A stretch of DNA of 63,989 bases, filler included, from Octopus bimaculoides (lineage: Eukaryota): NCBI RefSeq assembly GCF_001194135.2. It is 12 parts of 10 records of this genome, joined end to end, with 100 filler letters (N's around TTAATTAATTAA, not from the genome) between each part and the next. Parts side by side here need not be neighbours in the genome. Positions count along the whole stretch, not along the records: positions 60,792 to 62,842 come from NW_026341086.1; positions 62,943 to 63,989 come from NW_026429309.1; 10 more parts are not named here. The stretch is one strand, 5' to 3'. This document shows, piece by piece, positions 60,692 through 63,989 of the stretch (position 1 is the stretch's first letter; every line of letters starts with the position of its first letter). Made by a program: the position numbers and the translations under genes. Under the pieces are notes generated by a model. That model saw nothing but the letters and a program-made list of their open reading frames with translations. It was not told the DNA's origin and ran no database searches.

Positions 60692-61399
60692 NNNNNNNNN
60701 NNNNNNNNNNNNNNNNNNNNNNNNNNNNNNNNNNNTTAATTAATTAANNNNNNNNNNNNNNNNNNNNNNNNNNNNNNNNNNNNNNNNNNNNGCGTGGGGG
60801 GGGGGGAAGCATTCCTCACTGAGAGGGGGCAACCAGCAAATGAAGGGAAAGGAGCAAAAACAAAAACAAAAAAATGTATAGATAGATAGCGTATAGATTA
60901 GTTTGTGGACAGGGTATATGTTTGTGCGTCCATGATTTGGATTATAAGCATTTTGGGGGTAATACACGATAGACTAGACATAGGATAGTTATGCTAGCTG
61001 TAGAAGACTAAGTGGTTTAGCCTCGGATTTACTTAGTTGGAAACTTTGGAATGTGTGTGTGTGTGTTTATGTAGAGAGATAGAGAGATACCATATATTAA
61101 TATTTGAAGCCATCTCAACGAGAGATTTCACTTTCCTAGTCTACAGACACTACAAGTGATTATCTAAATCATACCTACAACCATTGAGGCCAAACAGTGG
61201 AGTGTGAAACCATGGCCAGAACTGCTGAGTTCGAAACAGAGGAACGTAAGCCCACATCGATAATCACTGTGTGTGTTCGCATCCCCATAACTTAGTGGTT
61301 CGGCAAAAGAGACCGATAGAATAAGTACTAGGCTTGCAAAGAATAAGTCCTGGGGTCGATTTGATTCGACTAAAGCCGCAGTCAAATGACTGAAACAAA

Positions 61400-61552
61400 T
61401 GAGTGGCTGTGTGGTAAGTAGCTTGCTTACCAACCACATGGTTCCAGGTTCAGTCCTGCGTGGCATCTTGGGCAAGTGTCTTCTACTGTAGCCTTGGGCC
61501 GACCAAGGCTTTGTGAGTGGATTTGGTAGACGAAAACTGAAAGAAGCCCGTC

Positions 61553-61586
<34 letters not shown>

Positions 61587-62280
61587 NNNNNNNNNNNNNN
61601 NNNNNNNNNNNNNNNNNNNNNNNNNNNNNNNNNNNNNNNNNNNNNNNNNNNNNNNNNNNNNNNNNNNNNNNNNNNNNNNNNNNNNNNNNNNNNNNNNNNN
61701 NNNNNNNNNNNNNNNNNNNNNNNNNNNNNNNNNNNNNNNNNNNNNNNNNNNNNNNNNNNNNNNNNNNNNNNNNNNNNNNNNNNNNNNNNNNNNNNNNNNN
61801 NNNNNNNNNNNNNNNNNNNNNNNNNNNNNNNNNNNNNNNNNNNNNNNNNNNNNNNNNNNNNNNNNNNNNNNNNNNNNNNNNNNNNNNNNNNNNNNNNNNN
61901 NNNNNNNNNNNNNNNNNNNNNNNNNNNNNNNNNNNNNNNNNNNNNNNNNNNNNNNNNNNNNNNNNNNNNNNNNNNNNNNNNNNNNNNNNNNNNNNNNNNN
62001 NNNNNNNNNNNNNNNNNNNNNNNNNNNNNNNNNNNNNNNNNNNNNNNNNNNNNNNNNNNNNNNNNNNNNTGTGTGTTTCTGTGTCTGTGTTTGTCCCCCC
62101 TAGCATCGCTTGACAACCGATGCTGGTGTGTTTATGTCCCTGTCACTTAGCGGTTCGGCAAAAGAGAGACCGATAGAATAAGTACTAGGCTTCCAAAGAA
62201 TAAGTCCCGGGGTCGATTTGCTCGACTAAACGTGGTGCTCCAGCATGGCCGCAGTCAAATGACTGAAACAAGTAAAAGAG
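61400..62280 (+). mobile_element. Large SINE whose internal (TA)n falls in an assembly gap
   Basis: Head at 61400-61555 ends CCCGTCGTATATA; body resumes at 62070 with GTGTTTCTGTGTCTGTGTTTGTCCCCC and runs to GAAACAAGTAAAAGAG. A 3' half of another copy lies at 61255-61400. Confidence 0.85.
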
Positions 62281-62287
62281 TAAAAGG

Positions 62288-62320
<33 letters not shown>

Positions 62321-63307
62321 GAATGAATATACATATGTATATCGACTATTAGAATGACTGCGTCCAGAGCTCCATTTTCTGCAAATATCTATCAATGTGC
62401 GTGAATGTTTCATAAGCCAAGCTGATAGCTCAATATACTACTTACTCGACTATATGCCCTATTTCAATAATAAACAAATAGCCAAGAAAAACGTGTTTCA
62501 AACGTTTGTATTATTTTATCTTAAGAAATCTGTCTGTATGTCCGTTTCACACACACCCACAATATATATATATATGTGTGTGTCTGTCTAAGAAAATTTA
62601 ATAAACAAAAACAAAAAGTCCACAGTTAAATATATATATATATCTGTCTCTTTTTACCCTAACAACTATATTTTGTTCACACATACGCGTACACGCACAT
62701 GGGTGTACTCAGTGCTGTGGTGGGGTAGATGTGTACTTCTTTGTCATATGCATCCCGTCTATGGAAGTTGTTTTCATGTAATCCTCAGACTACCAAATAA
62801 ATAATGTCGTTTTTGTTATTGATATTGCAGTTTTTTTTTTTTNNNNNNNNNNNNNNNNNNNNNNNNNNNNNNNNNNNNNNNNNNNNTTAATTAATTAANN
62901 NNNNNNNNNNNNNNNNNNNNNNNNNNNNNNNNNNNNNNNNNNTTTTCTTCTTTTATATGAATATAAACTATATGTTTATATATATATATATACCTATTAT
63001 TTGAAGGAAATATATATAATGAGAAACACTTCAAAGAGGCTGATGTTTGTCTACGTCTGCAAGACTTATGTTGTAAAATAAATAAAAAGAGTACAGTAAA
63101 CTTGCTGTGAGGAGTAGAAAAGCCAACGTTTCAGATAGTGTTGTTCTTCAAGGTAACGTTGAACTGAGAGAAATAAATGAAGAGCTTTGTATCCTCTAAC
63201 TTAAAAGTGATAAGGAACGCTGTATCATTGGGCTTCATACGTGACAAACAAGTGGTAGGAAAAAATAATCACTGTACTCATTTATCGATTTTAAGATATA
63301 TATATAT

Positions 63308-63685
63308 ATGGCTGTATAGTAAGAAGCTTGCTTCCCAACCACACGGTTCCGGGTTCACTCCCACTGCGCGACACCTTGACAAGTTTGTTCTACTATAGCT
63401 TCGGGCCAACACAGCTTTGTGAGTGGACTTGGTAGACGGAAACTGAAAGACGCCCGTCTTATATACAAGTCTATGTATATTTATATGTGTATCTTTGTGT
63501 CTGTGTTTGTCCCCCCAACATCGCTTGAAAACCGATGGTAGTGTGTTTATGTCCTTGTAACTTAGCGGTTGGGCAAAAGAGGCCAATAGAACAAGTATGA
63601 GACTTACAAAGAATAAGTCCTGGGGTCTGTTTCTTCGAGGCGGTGCACCTGCATGGCCGCAGTCAAATGCCGGAAATGTGTAAAA
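63308..63685 (+). mobile_element. Large SINE, complete
   Basis: GGCTGTATAGTAAG...GGTTCCGGGTTCACTCCC...GTCCCCCCAACATCGCTTG...GGCCGCAGTCAAATG. Confidence 0.85.
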
Positions 63686-63704
63686 GAATGGGTGTGTGTG
63701 TGTA

Positions 63705-63745
<41 letters not shown>

Positions 63746-63989
63746 GATACTACATATAAATTTATTGCTTACATTTTTCGTCAGTTGATTACTAATTTAA
63801 TCTGTATTTCACATACATGCAGATATATAAAACCTCTTTAGTTATAAATATTTATTAGGAAGGTCTCATGTAAACTTTGAATAGAAGTATGATTCAAAAT
63901 GACTGGTGTCATTGTACATAGATCAGTGCAGAGACGGCTATGCAAATTATAAGTTATTTCATCATCACGTTTTCCCAGGCTCGAGTTTA

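Overview
AT-rich, repeat-dense eukaryotic genomic DNA from a gapped draft assembly, with many N runs and a recurrent TTAATTAATTAA linker inside gaps. The repeat families (tRNA-derived SINEs, RTE LINEs, Penelope-like elements, abundant AT/CA/GATA microsatellites) look like an octopus or other cephalopod genome; this is inference. The only clearly intact host gene is a single-exon 651-aa family-B/Methuselah-like GPCR with a somatomedin-B-like N-terminus (11390-13345, minus). Most other sequence is decayed mobile elements: Helitron, R4/Dong-like, CR1-like, RTE, Penelope-like, mariner/Tc1, a complete 3.1-kb hAT element with a perfect 8-bp TSD, two related solo LTRs, MITEs and SINEs. Top finding: besides several ordinary minimal type I hammerhead motifs, three dispersed copies (31828-31896, 45692-45768, 55793-55850) carry the hammerhead core in a scrambled strand order that is not a circular permutation. 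Stems I and III, and an extra helix in the two copies where it is visible, covary between copies. This suggests a repeat-borne family of pseudoknotted, non-circularly permuted hammerhead ribozymes. All pairings were worked out by eye; nothing was folded or searched computationally.
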